Shown here one piece after another: positions 20,801 through 33,605 of a stretch of 64,000 nt of DNA. Both the position numbers and the translations under genes were made by a program. Each line of letters starts with the position of its first letter. Positions within the stretch are counted from its first letter, which is position 1. Origin of the DNA: Leidyana gryllorum EB-2025a (lineage: Eukaryota > Protista > Apicomplexa); assembly GCA_048772705.1 (NCBI GenBank), contig JBLWGC010000230.1:1364001-1428000 (forward strand). Reading direction: 5' to 3'. The notes below the pieces were generated by a model. The model did no database searches. It was not told where the DNA came from and was given only the letters and a program-made list of their open reading frames with translations.

Positions 20801-22482
20801 GGCCCTGGGTGTCCTTCGCCGTGGGGATGGGTACCGTCAACTCTGTGATTCGCTTCCACTCGTGAATCTTTGCCTTCTGCTTGTTGGACAAAACTATGCG
20901 GCCCTCGGCATCGGTCCATTTACCATCACCAAGTTGATCCCAACCCCCCAACTCTAGCGAGGTACACTTGATGCCTTCTTCCGCCCCCACGTAGTCTCGC
21001 CGAGCTGTCGCCAACCCCCGTGGCGATGCTAAACCCCCGCTGCGGCTTGAATCGTGAGCAGGCAGCAATGTATGATCCATCCGTGGGGGATGAACGCCAA
21101 ACAATCGATACTCAGGTAGCGGTCTGTCTGCGTTAGCGATCAACGCTGTCACCTCCGAGAAGCTTCGTTCCAGGAGACTTACTTTGGTCAACACGAGTTC
21201 CCGCCGTCATTACATTACCCAATTGACCTCCATTGTCGCTGACGCTGATTTGGGTCGCTGAGTCACTGCTGCGGTGTGAATTGAAGAGTTCTTGGCGTTC
21301 AAACTCACGTCGATGACCTTTTGTCCGCCGAAGGATGGGCTCTTTGGTGCAAAGAAACTGAGGTAATCTGTGGTGCCAGAGGAGGGCCTTCAATCCAGAA
21401 GTTGCTGGCAATATCCGGATCCTTCGGGCGTAGAAAGACTCCAAAGGGGGGATAAACTCACCTTCTCGTTCCAAGGAGGCATTACATAGCGGCCCATTAT
21501 GGAGCTTTGCGATATTATGTCGAGTTGGTCCTCGACGCCCCCGACTGCGAGGGATGGAACAGTCGGTGTGTCGGTGGAGATTGACCGGATGTCACAAATT
21601 GACGCGAAGTAGGCTGAGCGCTTGCTGTTGGGTGACAAGGCTTGACTTCCCTGCCTAGGCACCTTGGACGCAGTTTCACTCGTTGCCGATGTGTCTGCAG
21701 CCCGCTTCTTCTTCTTCTTGGTGTGGTGCTTGCGCTCGGCCAGCATGCGAGCTAATTCGGCCAACATGAGAGTCGGCGAACCCGAGGAGGACTTGGTGGA
21801 CCCGCCGAAGATGGCCATCAAACGCCTCCGAGCACTGCTGGCCGACTTGTCTTTATTGTTGTCGCTACATTCAGCAATTTCTGCCGCCTACCGCCGCTGT
21901 GGCCCACCTAAGCCTCTGCCTACCTGAGATAGGATCGCTGCCGCCTCATCGGAGTCATAGTTGCTCCATCTTAAAGCCGCTTTGGCCTGTTGAGTGGACA
22001 CTCGAAACTGTTCAGCCAGACTAGATGCCAAGTCTTCCACACTGACGTCTATTCGACTCTCTTTCTGCAGTTCAGAAGAAGCAAGTGGTCCAGTGTAAAT
22101 AGTGTGTGCTCATTGGGTCCGCACGAGAGAGACAGACAGAGAGAGAGAGAGAGAGAGAGAGAAGAAAGCCGCGGGGAGGGAGGGTACTATTTTACGTTCC
22201 GTAGTCTGCTCGTACCTGAACGATGGCAACAGTGGAGGGTTCTTCCCGCACCTCCAGAGTCGTGATGCGTGGAGACGCTCTCTCTTCGGTAGTGTCATCG
22301 TCCACCCCCTCTTCTGGGGACGATGGAGGCTCGTCTGCTGGGTGAAGGGCACCACTGACGAGGACTGGAGGCTCCTCCTCTTCAGGATAACTTGGAGAAG
22401 GAACAGAATCTTCAATCAGCAGAGGTGTGCATATGTGACCCTCGTTAACCTTGTCATTTAGCTTTGTGCAGGTGCATCCCAT
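17826..22482 (-). CDS. CAPN7: Calpain-7/PalB-type cysteine protease (multi-exon) with N-terminal MGCTC acylation motif
   Basis: Catalytic motifs QGFVGDCSFLS, HAYSVL and RNPW; LEKAFVKLMGGSY; C-terminal calpain-III domains (GEWTPSTAGGCSN, NPHYRL). Exons joined through GT-AG introns; outer exon boundaries are hand-predicted. Confidence 0.88.
19282..19341. repeat. Three 20-nt intronic tandem repeats (gacagaggggcgagatcgct)
   Basis: Directly visible inside an enlarged calpain intron. Confidence 0.9.
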
Positions 22483-22514
22483 TTGCACAAAAACCTGGTG
22501 CTTATTCTGTGGTG

Positions 22515-24518
22515 ATGAGTCTCTCTGACTTTGCTCTTGCTGAAAGCAGGCGTCCTTCCCTGCGACGACCATCCTCCTGGTTGGGTTGGCTACAAAACCA
22601 GCACGGACACACTCCCTCCCCGACTGCTGCTGCTGCTACTGTAGACCCTACCCTCTCCAATGAGGCCTTTGACAGAGACACTGACCCCCGTCTTCGTGAA
22701 CGACGCTGGAATGGTTGGGGCTATCACCACACCTCCTTCTTCTATGACCCGTACAAAGATAGCTTCTTCCTGGTACACAATGGCACCAAGACTCCTCTCC
22801 CGAAACTCCGGGTGTTCCTCAAGGAGTTCAAAATAGACCCGTTGTTGGACCGTACGCCCGCCCAGCCATCCATTCCCATCCCGGACCCACGCAGCGATGA
22901 GGCCGACGTCATTGGTCAGATTCGCAAGAGCTGTCCCAATACGACGGTCACACAGGAAGCTGCGTGTCGGCTGTGGCACTCACACGGCCACACCGCTCAG
23001 GAGATCTATGCGCTGCGGAATGGGATGATCCTTCGTGTGGTGGACGCTGTGGTGTATGTGAATACGTACGACGATGCCGCTCGCGTGGTGAAGATAGCTA
23101 ATGCGGCAGGGGCTGTGATCATTCCGTTTGGAGGGGGTACTTGTGTTACAATGGCTCTGCTGCCTCGAGCCGACGAGGAGCGGTTCATAATATCTATAGA
23201 TTTGTTAAACTTGAACAGGATCGAATGGATCAGAGACGAGGATCATTTAGCTTGTATCCAGGCTGGCATGACTGGTTCACAAATTGAGGAGGCTCTCAAG
23301 CCGCTTGGATACACACTTGGACACGAGCCCGACAGCTACGAGTTCTCTACTCTGGGTGGTTGGATCGCCACCAAAGCTTCCGGAATGAAGAAAAATCAGT
23401 ATGGTAACATTGAGGACATTGTGATTGACTTTACGTATGTCATGGCCGATGGCACTATTCGAGACTACAATCGTTTGATAAATCGGGTCAGCAGTGGCCC
23501 TGACGTCAAAAATCTGCTCATTGGTTCTGAAGGCACCCTGGCGTTGATTCTCCGAGCCGTCGTCAAGATTCAAAAGCTCCCTCCAGTGCGCCAATTCCAA
23601 TCCTGGATCTTCCCTACTTGGGAAGATGGCGTCTCCTTCATGAAAGACTGTGCGCGAGATCAAATTGAGCCCGCATCTTTCCGTTTAATGGACCACGAAC
23701 AACTCCGATTCGGAAGTGCCATGCAAATCCACAAGAGCTACATAGCCTCCAAGGTGGCAGATCTCAAGTTGTGGGTGGTCAAGAATATTAAAAAGTTCGA
23801 TATGACACAAGCGTCTCTGGCAACCAGTGTCATTGAGGGTACACAAGCAGCTGTGAAAAGTCAACAGCTCGCATTGAATGCTAAAGCTAAAGAACACGGA
23901 GGAATCATGGCCGGGACCTCCGGAGGCGAAGCTGGGTATAAACTGACTTTCATGATCGCCTATATTCGAGACTTCATCATGGATGTCAACTGGCTGGGAG
24001 AGAGTTTCGAGACGTCTGTCCCGTGGTCTCAGGCCAACGATGTCTATCTGGTCGTTCACGAGTCAATCTTTGAGGAAGCCCGCAAACACAAGGTGAGTCC
24101 CGTATTATGTGTGAGAGAAACGGCTCTGTCCGTCCAATAGACTGCGCAAGACCCTTTCGTCACTGGTCGGCTTTCCCAAGTGTATCCGGAGGGGTGCTGT
24201 CTCTACTTTTACTTTGGCTTCTCCTGTGAAGGGCTCGAGAAACCGCTGGAGGTCTACACAGCAATAGAAGCTGCAGCACGCCGCGCCATCATGGCAAAGG
24301 GAGGAAGCATCAGTCATCACCACGGAGTGGGTAAGTTGAGGAGCTCCTTCTATTACGACCAAATCCCGCGCACCGACACCGAAATAATTCGAGCCGCAAA
24401 GAGGGAAATGGACCCACGAAATACATTTGGTGCGGCGAATCTGTTTCCGACTAAATCTGACGAGAAAGAGTCTCGCGAGAGTGTGTTCACCACAACCTCC
24501 ACCACAGCTCAGGCATGA
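22515..24518 (+). CDS. AGPS: Alkyl-dihydroxyacetone-phosphate synthase (FAD-linked; intron 24093-24140)
   Basis: WNGWG, HGHTAQEIYALR, IPFGGGT, GHEPDSYEFSTLGGWIATKASGMKKNQYGNIED, GESFETSVPW, SHHHGVGK. Confidence 0.95.
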
Positions 24519-24595
24519 GGAGGAACATAATATGTAGTTAGAGTAGTTAGATCTGTCTGTCTCTCTGCCCGTCACCTTCTCTCTCTCTATGATGA

Positions 24596-27500
24596 TCAAC
24601 GGGCTTCAATGTACATCCTATGAGCAACCAATGCTTCCAGATTGCTCTCAACCACAGCGATCTGCTGGTCATTGAAGGCTGTCAATCTATCTCCCCACCC
24701 GTCGAACCTAATATATTTCGTCTAATACTGTCTCACTAGCGTCACACTTACCAACTGGGGATATCCTCATCCATATTGCCACTCGTCGCTGCAACTTTCC
24801 AGCCCTCCAAAATCTCCTTTTTCTGCTGATACTGCCCCAGCATAGATCCCAACACATCACTCAACGTCTCCAAACACGCCAACTCCAGTGATTTGTCCAG
24901 GACGCGACCGCTAACCACACCCATCACATCGCCACTCGCCACCACAGCTTCGATATTCTCGTGCAGGCACAAACGCAAACAAGTCAAAGCCATTTTGAGC
25001 CCTCCATCTGTGCAAAGGCGAGGACAAATTTGGCCATTCTCGTCGCGGAGACCCTTCCGAGACACTCGGTGGAGCAGATGCTCCGTTGGAATCTGCAGCG
25101 TCTCGAGCAAGAAAGCTTTCATTGTCTGTCGCTCAGTGGACTCGTCGGCAGGAGGCTCGAAGCCCAAGAGGACCACATCAAATTGATAGGGGTCCTCCTC
25201 ACATACGGGTTTTGGCTGCGGGCAGAACCCATAGAACCGCAGCAGACTCCAATTTTCATGCGGCCCATAACTGATGTGGACTTGAGAATTCTTGGGCACC
25301 GGTCCCTCGTTCACCAGACGGATGCATCTGGAGCTAAAACCCTTCTTTTCCATCAAAGTCCTCAGATCAGCATCGGGAATGTCATCAAACAACGGTTCTG
25401 ACTCGGCTTCCGAAGCAATCTTCAATGGAGCTCTGACCATCTGACCGAGCTGGAAAGAGGGATGGGGACACTGAGCAGCGGGTTGGTGATTGATGAAATC
25501 AACAACTGGAATCAACAAAGCCAGTTTCCGCGGTAAACAAAACTCCATCAGCTCCACATACGGCTTCCCCGTGGAATCCCAGCCCAGAAGGATCGGCAAC
25601 TCAACTTTGCGCTTTCGTTGAGACACGCTAACTTGATCGGCTGCCAAGTAGTTTAAGCCCGGCACGATGGGTAAAGGAGGGGTGGTACGATTAGGGCTCC
25701 GCAGAACTGTTCCCACACGTTCACTGTCGCTCTCGTCACCACCTGTGGCGGTCTCAACAGCAGAGGGATCAGCTGGCATTCCAACATCCCAATTATCCGC
25801 CTCTGTGAATGTGTGACGAACTCGTTTCCTCAACTCCACCAGATCACCGTTGCGTTCACTATCGACTTCTAACCAATGATTGATGAACGACATGTTCGGG
25901 AGGCAGACGGTTTCGAAGGCTCGACTCTCTGAGACCCAACATCCCCATATCAGTTTGGCCAATGAGAATGCCCCTCCCAGGGCAAAGTCGGCCGCCGAGA
26001 AGAGATGAGGGAACTGAAAGATCAGATTGAGAAATCGCAACACTAAAATCCCACTCACCACTTCACAAAGGATGTTTTGGAGCCATTGGTGGAATCGAGG
26101 CAGAACGTCGTTGACTTCCTCAAGATTTTGTTGTGCAGCGGCCATATCCATAAACTCAGCAACTTCAGGCGGGGCCAACAAGAGGTTCTGATGGGAGTCG
26201 GGAACTTCTCCCCACTCATTTCTTGAGCCCGGGAGACAGTCAATCCAAGGTGCGAAGACGGACTTGGGACCCTTGCGAGCTTCCCAAAGTAAGAAGAACA
26301 ACATGAACAGCTGATCTTCTACCAGGGGCTCAGGGTAGCGGTGAGCCTCCAATAGCGCCGAGAGTCTCGGGTGAGCAGCCACAAAGTCCTCGGTGAATGG
26401 AGGCAGATCAGGAGCCCGACTGAATCGGCCACCCAGCAGGAAGGCAGCCACAAACGAGAAAGAGTAGCTTAGATCAGACGGGCGAGACGGATTTGGCTGA
26501 ATTATGGGCTCCTCTTCATAACTCGCCAACAAAGCTGTGTAGGGCGATAAAACGCGATCTTCTCGTACAGTTACAATGGGAGTGTCTGGAGCGATATCAT
26601 CAGCCGCAATGAAACCTCTCCCAAAGCTCTCTGTGTGCACGGGAATGACGTTGCACAACGAGGCGCCCATATTGTCACAGATCTGCTGTAATTCCACATC
26701 GCTCTGGAAAGATCCCTCTGGCAAAGGTGCATTGGCAGAATATCTGCGGAATTATGATTGACTATGAGCCAAGATCTCTTGGTACTCCACCTACCTTTCG
26801 TACATCTCGGCAATCAACTGCGTCGCGAATCCCAGGGCTGCGTTCAATATGTCCCGTATCTGGCGCAAAAGGTTCGAATTGGGAGAACGGCCACCCCGGA
26901 TCGAGTTGCCAGGGTAGCATATCCGATCTTCGAGTACCATGTAGGAAGGCAAGCATTTGTCCCTGGCCCACATTGACTCCACAGTATCAAGAAGTCTGAT
27001 CTTTTCCAGCAACTCCAGACGGAGAATACTGAGCGCTTTGCGCTCGTTTTGGGTGGTGGTGGCACCCCCTTCCCGCAACCAATCCAAGTCTAGATTTAGA
27101 CTGTTCATTTTTTCCAACTTGCTCCAACAATGTGCTCTGTAAGCTTCACATTCAGAGCCACCGCCTTTTCTGCTGGACAATGGCGTCCCAGACTGCAGCG
27201 TATCGCGCTTCTGGCTGTCACAACTCCGCAGTTTGTGGAGCGCAAAGTAGATGTCATTGTCCGATAACAGCCAAACCCGGAACCACACGTGTGCTAGATC
27301 CACCACTTGTCTCATGGGCATCGACAAAGCGGTGACTTGGTTGTCACTGACCTCTCCCAGAGTGAAGCAGTCAGTACCGGGGAGTCCTGACAGCTCCAAA
27401 AGCTCTCTTTTCATCTCAATCCGACGAAGACCTTCAGGCGCCGCTTCAGCGGGCAGTTCAGGGCGCGAGAGAGTGAGGAAGTCGCTCAGACGACTTAGCC

Positions 27501-27627
27501 TTGAGGTCCATCTGGCCCGTCCCTCATAGCTCTGTTGAGCCGTCTGCTCTTCAGCGGGCGAAGGGGTTGTAGGGAGGATGACAGTTTTACCAGACTGGAG
27601 TTCCTCCAGCTGGGCTAGTTGGAGCAT
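24596..27627 (-). CDS. SET-domain (Rubisco-LSMT/SETD3-like) protein methyltransferase, multi-exon
   Basis: GRGFIAADDI, LIPVVDFINH, QVHISYG...LLRFYGF. Joining ORF 26791-27627 as exon 1 and the short final exon are inferred. Confidence 0.75.
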
Positions 27628-27647
27628 TGCCGAAAAAAACGCGGAAA

Positions 27648-28849
27648 ATGGCTGACTTTGAGGAAGGCTGTGAACCAACTCAGCCTGTGTTCGGAAGTAG
27701 TGAACAGTCGCTGTTCGAAGATACCGGAGCTGCGGGGCAATCTCGTTCGACAATTCCCAAAGTCAGAGCAATCAAAACCGAGTCTATATTTGATGATGAT
27801 GATGATGAGGAAAGTGCCGAGAATACCCCGCCCTCGCCAAAGCGCGCTCGTCTCCATAATGAGGAGTCCAAACGTCTGACTTTATCCGACCGAATGGTCG
27901 CTCGGCGGCGCCTGAACGCCTCCACGGACCCGCCAGTGAACTCCACAGCACATACGGCTAAGAGTTCAGAGTCTACCACAGTCACTCCCCCCGCCCGAGT
28001 CGTCGGACTCACCATCTCCGAGCACGACTCGGACACTGTAATATTCTCTGTGTCTAATACATTCATGGTAAACGAGATTGTGGCAGTGCCTCGGGCAACT
28101 CCCGCATTACACTATGGCAAAGTCATGTCTATCGATCAAAAACGTTCGATCTGTACCTTACTCCTCAGTAACACCGAGGGAATCACCAAAGTGCTCCCCA
28201 CATTACTCGTTGGTAAACTAGGCGTCACACCCGCAGCCACGCGGGACATCCGGGTGGGTTCTGGTCGTCTCCTGGTTCCCGACAATCTCTCTCGTAGTTG
28301 GTGCGGCTGCGGACTTCAGTCGATGACTTGTTACGGTTCTCGCAAGAACATCGGTTCTCCACTTGTTGTAATTGTAAGAGAGATTCCCCAGAGATCCCGC
28401 AGAATCCTGGCGAACTGAGACTGACTCAGGCGTTGATGAAAAGTATCAACTTTTTGATGGCACATCACGCGACTTTGTTTCATAAGATTGCGTTGGAACG
28501 CGAACCCTCTCAACAGTCCGAGATGACACCAATGCCTCGTTCAGCCAATTCTACCGCCCACTCCCAGAGTCTCGAGCCCTTGTCACCGGTCAGCAAAGCA
28601 GATCTACAGAGAGATCTCGAGTAAGTCTCCTCACCTCCAGCTTGACAGCTTGAACTTGACACATATATCGTTCTCCAGCCAAATACGGGAATTGCGCCTC
28701 AAAAGCATGGAAATACTGCAACTGGCCGTTCGGTAAGGTCACACATTAGAGAAGACTACCACGTTCCCTGTCCCACAGGTCTGAGGAGAGTGCTGCCAAT
28801 CTGTTACTGGGTGTTCAACGGGGCCCATGGTGACGTCCCTGGCTCATAG
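27648..28849 (+). CDS. Hypothetical multi-exon protein with acidic N-terminus and SPPKRAR-like NLS
   Basis: Long ORF from MADFEEGCEP plus downstream ORF fragments separated by GT-AG-like gaps. The 3' end is uncertain. Confidence 0.55.
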
Positions 28850-28897
28850 TCACTGCTACCACGGATTTAATCAAACAAGATCTTCTGCTCAGCTGGC

Positions 28898-31400
28898 TCA
28901 CGGATTGTGAACTCCTATGTCTCGTCCACCTTCGCCAAACGCGAGCATTTGACCCGGATCTCCCGCTCCCGCCCCTGCCCCGTACCCTCCAGGGAAATCA
29001 TCCCACTGCACGTACTGAATCATCTGTTCCACGCCTACCTCTTCCGACATGTCCTCCGTGGACAACCTCTCATACTCAATGTGACAGAATTTGTCCCACT
29101 CGCTACAGATCCGCCAACAGTGAAGCGCTGACCCCATGAATGACTTACGTATACCACGGAAAGTCCAGCGACTCTGTCTTCAGCAGGAAAGGGTCGCGGT
29201 GTTCCCAGCTCAGAAACTTGGTCAGACTGAGCAGCGTGTTGAAGAACAACGGAGCATGCCGCCGCTGTCTCTTCAGATCTCGTAGCCGAAATTCAGAGAA
29301 TACTTCCGGTTTGATCATGTCGTTCCTGAATAAGCATTGTAGACTCGACGCCATTCCGGAAGCCAATCACAGCACAGCACACCACACATATACACACACA
29401 CGGAGACAGCGTATTTGCACTTCACACGTGGTCGGCGATCAACGCCATCCACACCACCCTGATGGACACACACACGCCCCAGACTCACATTTGGGTCATC
29501 ACGACGTCGAAAGACGGAGCATCCATTATCCGAGACTCTAAACGAGCGAATTGTTCACCATAGAATTGTAGAAGCTCGAAAGGACGTAGAACACCGTCGC
29601 CATCGAGATCGCAGATCCGGAACCAAAACTCTATCGAGCGATCCGATGTCTTGTCCTCGTCATGCATCAAGATTTCAACCATTGATTCTGCAGAATATGT
29701 AGGCAAGCCTCACAAGTTTCAGCTCAATCTTACGGAAGAAACCTTCGAATGTTACCGCAGTCGAGTCGTTGGTCAGCAAGCCCGACTCGCTGACCAACCG
29801 GCTAAGTGTCAAAGGCGAGAAAGCGTGATTATCATATCGCGAGAGAACAGAGGTCAGCTTTTTCCTATTCGGGCAAGATTGGGTGCGTGAAAGAAGAGGG
29901 ACTTACTTGACAGCCTCCGTCTTATCCAGCCTGAAGTCATGCTCGTTATCGAGCCCCCAGAAGCGGCAATAGGCAACGTAGAAGTGCTCGTAGGAAAAGT
30001 ACTCCCGTATGGAATTGAAGTCGGTTTCTTTGTCAATGCTGCGCCAACACTCTGCGAGCGCCGTTCGTACCAATTGTTGATAAGATATACGTCCGTCGCT
30101 CATCGCGTTCAAATCATACGTGATTCGTGTGATTACCGTGTCGACTGTTATCATTCATTTTGGGACGCCAGATGTGGTTCATAGGGGAGCGGCGACTCAC
30201 TATATCGTTTCTGGAATTCTGGTGTGGGTTTAAGGAACTCCACAGCAGCATGTCGTTCCAATATTTCGTGTAGAGGGCCGGTGAAATTGTGGCTCCAAAT
30301 GAAATCCATCTCTTCTTCTTTGAGGGCAGTGTAGAAGTTCCACACTTCATTTTCCTGGGAGAAGTTCTTGGTTTGCCATAATCTGCGTTTGTGGTTGGAG
30401 GGTGGTTATTAGATTGAGATGGCAGTGCTGACCTCTTCAGTTCGGTGAAACTAACAGAGATGTCCACTGACGGGTTGGGTACCCTCGGCGCATCTCGATC
30501 GTCAGACGACACGCCTGGTGGTGGCAGCTCATCTTGGTTGCGTTTGATGGCGCTCCATCTTTGTCTGCATTGTACTTGATACTCTGGATCGGTTCGATAT
30601 CTAACGATCTCTTCGTTGATAACCGGCATGGCACCTTCTGGACTCCAGCCTCGGATCGCACAGAGGAGGCAGGCTGTCATATAGCGGGACAATTTGAGCA
30701 TATTGACGACGATTTCCTCAAAGGTGTCGAAATCAATACGTGGCCAGGCTTTTCCTGGTGGGATACTGGTAGGCAGGATTTCAGTAACATTGAATCGCTG
30801 AAAGTAAGATAATATTTCATTCTCAACAGCGTCATTCCATGCGGTGCCCCGTCTGGGTTGACATCGATACTTGCTTGGATAATAGAATGGAGGGATTTGG
30901 CCCTGCTCAAATGCTTTCTCAATGGCCGCAGCGTCGGGGATCTCATCATGCACGGGGGAGGGCTGCTCAGGTACCACGCCGATGGTTGTTGGTCTCTCGT
31001 CACTCGGAATAATACTGATCGGCTTCGACGGTTCCACGACGGTCGTGGGAGGGATGAAGGTGATTTCGGGGGGTGTAACGATGAGTTGTTTACTGCTCTC
31101 TAGAGACTGTGCAGATCCGGGCTGTGTTCGTTCGTCAGGCAGCAGGGGACCAGAGCTGCTGGTGAGATCCACGATCTCTATGCCTTGTGCCAGCGACGGA
31201 GACACCTTCAGCTTAGGTGAGGGGCATGGTTCCTGTCTTTGTGAATGTCCGCTTCCAGGCTTCCCGCCAGCTAGAATTTGTTCCAAGATCACATCGAGTT
31301 GAACAGAGGTCTCTGGAACCAGTAGCCAGTCGTAGAAAGCAGCTTGCAATCCGGAGGCCACCCACAAGTCCCTCCGGTTCCGCTGCTCCACAGTCACCAT
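28898..31400 (-). CDS. PP2A regulatory subunit B'' (PR72/PPP2R3-type EF-hand protein), multi-exon
   Basis: IPPFYYP, YFSYEHFYVAYCRFWGLD, EDKTSDRSIEFWFRICDLDGDG, FFNTLLSLTKFLSWEHRDPF, SEWDKFCHIEYERL. Confidence 0.92.
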
Positions 31401-31410
31401 TGCAAAATTA

Positions 31411-32890
31411 ATGCGCGACCAAGTAGTGGAGCGGCGTAAGGCTCAGTACAAGGCGAATGGGTTTTGGCTAGAAGCTCGTCAAAACACTCGTATTGAACAA
31501 CAACGACTACGCAGAGCGCAGACTACACACTTAGTTACCACACTTCTAAATGACGCCTGGGCTTCGCTCGACACACGACTGCACACAACAACGGTTACGT
31601 CGCCAAATGACGAGGGCAAACCATCAGGACTGCCGCCGCCATGCCCTACTGTACAAGATGGAACACACTTACCAGCTGCTCAGGAGGAAGGAGGGTGTCA
31701 TGGAGATGCTGGCCAAATATCTGGCAGCAACGACTCCTCCGCTGGACACCTTCTCCAACGACCTCGGCCTTTTAAGAATCATCGTGCCCGGCAACGGAGA
31801 GCTCGCCCTCATCGTCCATCGCTTCACACCACAGTCGCCCGCCTCTTCTCCTGCTTTGACTGCCTCATCGCCCCCCCTTCTAACCTCTTTCAACCTAACA
31901 CATGGTTCCTCAAGCCACGACCAGACGGCAAACGATCCATTCTCACTGTCCGTAACAACCAGGTCTCCATCATCGATCGAGCTGCCCACAGTCTGTACTC
32001 CTGCCAACCCACATCAGACTCCGTGCTCAAAGCACTGCCCAACGACACCGCACTCGATGGAATCTATAACGCCCATCAGCGAACGTTCTACATATTAGAC
32101 GCTCTCATATATAATGGACGCCCACTATCGGATTGCGACTTCGCAGCCAGAGATTTCATTCTTGCCTCCAGGTAGGCTCGCCGACACAAACACACACATC
32201 ACTGCTCTCACGCCAACCTCCAGGGTCAAGGAAGACTTGCTCCCAATGCAACGGCCGAGTGTGTGGTGCTCCACTGAAGGGGTGACAGAATGTTTGTTGG
32301 CCTTCGTAGCCACGCTTAAATGTACAGCAGAAAATCTCGAGGGTCTGCACGCAATGATCAACCGAAGTAACGCTCTCATGTCGGACAACCCCATCTCGGC
32401 TGAACTCATCGACAACCCGTTTGTTCTATCCTTGGATCCCTCCTGGACGTCTTCTCCCCCTCCTTCCATCTCTTTCGACGGAATCCTATTTTTTCATTCC
32501 GCCGGACTCTATACTGCGGGTGTCAACTCTCTCGCTCTCCATTGGCGTACTCCCGAAATATCGCCATACAACTCTAAACAAACTGCTGGCCGCGCAACTC
32601 TGGTGTGGATCCCAGGTGAACCACGCCCTCAAACTTCCGGTAATCTTGATCTAACCATCAACAATAAACAATCGTCTCAACAGATGACGTATACGTCGAC
32701 CTGGAGCCCCAGGATCCTCGAGTCCTCCGAGAAGTCAGCAAACAAGGGTTCAAAGAAGAGATATTGCTGCGGTAAGATCTTCATCACACAGCCAGACAGT
32801 ATCATATATCCAGTATCGAATACTCCGGCGTTCGAACCCCCACCATGGAGGATCAAGACCGCCTTACTGTCACAGGGGTTTCTAAAATGA
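31411..32890 (+). CDS. SNUPN: Snurportin-1 (m3G-cap snRNP import adaptor), multi-exon
   Basis: Basic IBB-like N-terminus; WFLKPRPDGKR, TALDGIY...TFYILD...LSDCDFAARDF, DGILFFH...YTAGVNSLALHW. The 3' end is approximate. Confidence 0.82.
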
Positions 32891-33023
32891 TGTTTCGCCG
32901 GATCTCACACCTTCAGAATGGGGGATGGCGCTGGTTTGCCCCCGACTCAGTCAATCGTCTTTTGCTTTACATGCCATTAAATGACTCTTTAGTAGAACCA
33001 CCCTCCCTCTCCACACTTCTTGA

Positions 33024-33590
33024 ATGGGCAAACTGATTCTTCTGATGATCGAGTGTGCACAAGGATTAAGCGGACTCAGCAAGTCTTACTACAACCACCT
33101 GGCGTACCCTGGCGGCTCAGACGCGCGGTATCTGTCTTCGACTAAAAATCGACCTAGTTTCCATTTGACTGAGGACTACGGACTGGTTCAGGCGTTTGTT
33201 CCGTCGGCCAATAGCCAGGGTCATGTATACGACCTCGTCACCCCATCCAACACTGGTACGGACACCATGTGGCTAGGGCAGACAAGTATCTTCACCGAGA
33301 TTGAAAACCAGTTGATCGCTGCTCAAAAGCAGCTCGAGCTCCAGGTGCAACAGTCACTTGAGCAGCTGGGACTCTCATCACTGATGCCCGTGTCAATATC
33401 AAGCAGCCCTCAAGACTTGGCCTCCTCGCTCTCTTATCAACTTGAAAATCTAGAGCTGCCTGACGCGCAGGAACTGGCTGATATGGCCGGTAGTCTGTCT
33501 TCGGCCTTCTCAGCGGTGCAAAAAGGGATGCATACCGTGAAAGACGGCGTCAATATTGCCAAACAGATAATGAACCTTATTCCTCACTGA
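33024..33590 (+). CDS. Hypothetical protein, possibly secreted (188 aa)
   Basis: Intact ATG-TGA ORF filling the gap; short hydrophobic N-terminus and amphipathic helical C-terminal half. Confidence 0.6.
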   Translation: MGKLILLMIECAQGLSGLSKSYYNHLAYPGGSDARYLSSTKNRPSFHLTEDYGLVQAFVPSANSQGHVYDLVTPSNTGTDTMWLGQTSIFTEIENQLIAAQKQLELQVQQSLEQLGLSSLMPVSISSSPQDLASSLSYQLENLELPDAQELADMAGSLSSAFSAVQKGMHTVKDGVNIAKQIMNLIPH

Positions 33591-33605
33591 TACCTACATA
33601 TTCTC

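Noticed and set aside
28907-29131. Plus-strand ORF overlapping the last PP2A B'' exon
   Set aside because: The minus strand carries the conserved SEWDKF...EYERL motif; the plus frame has no independent support.
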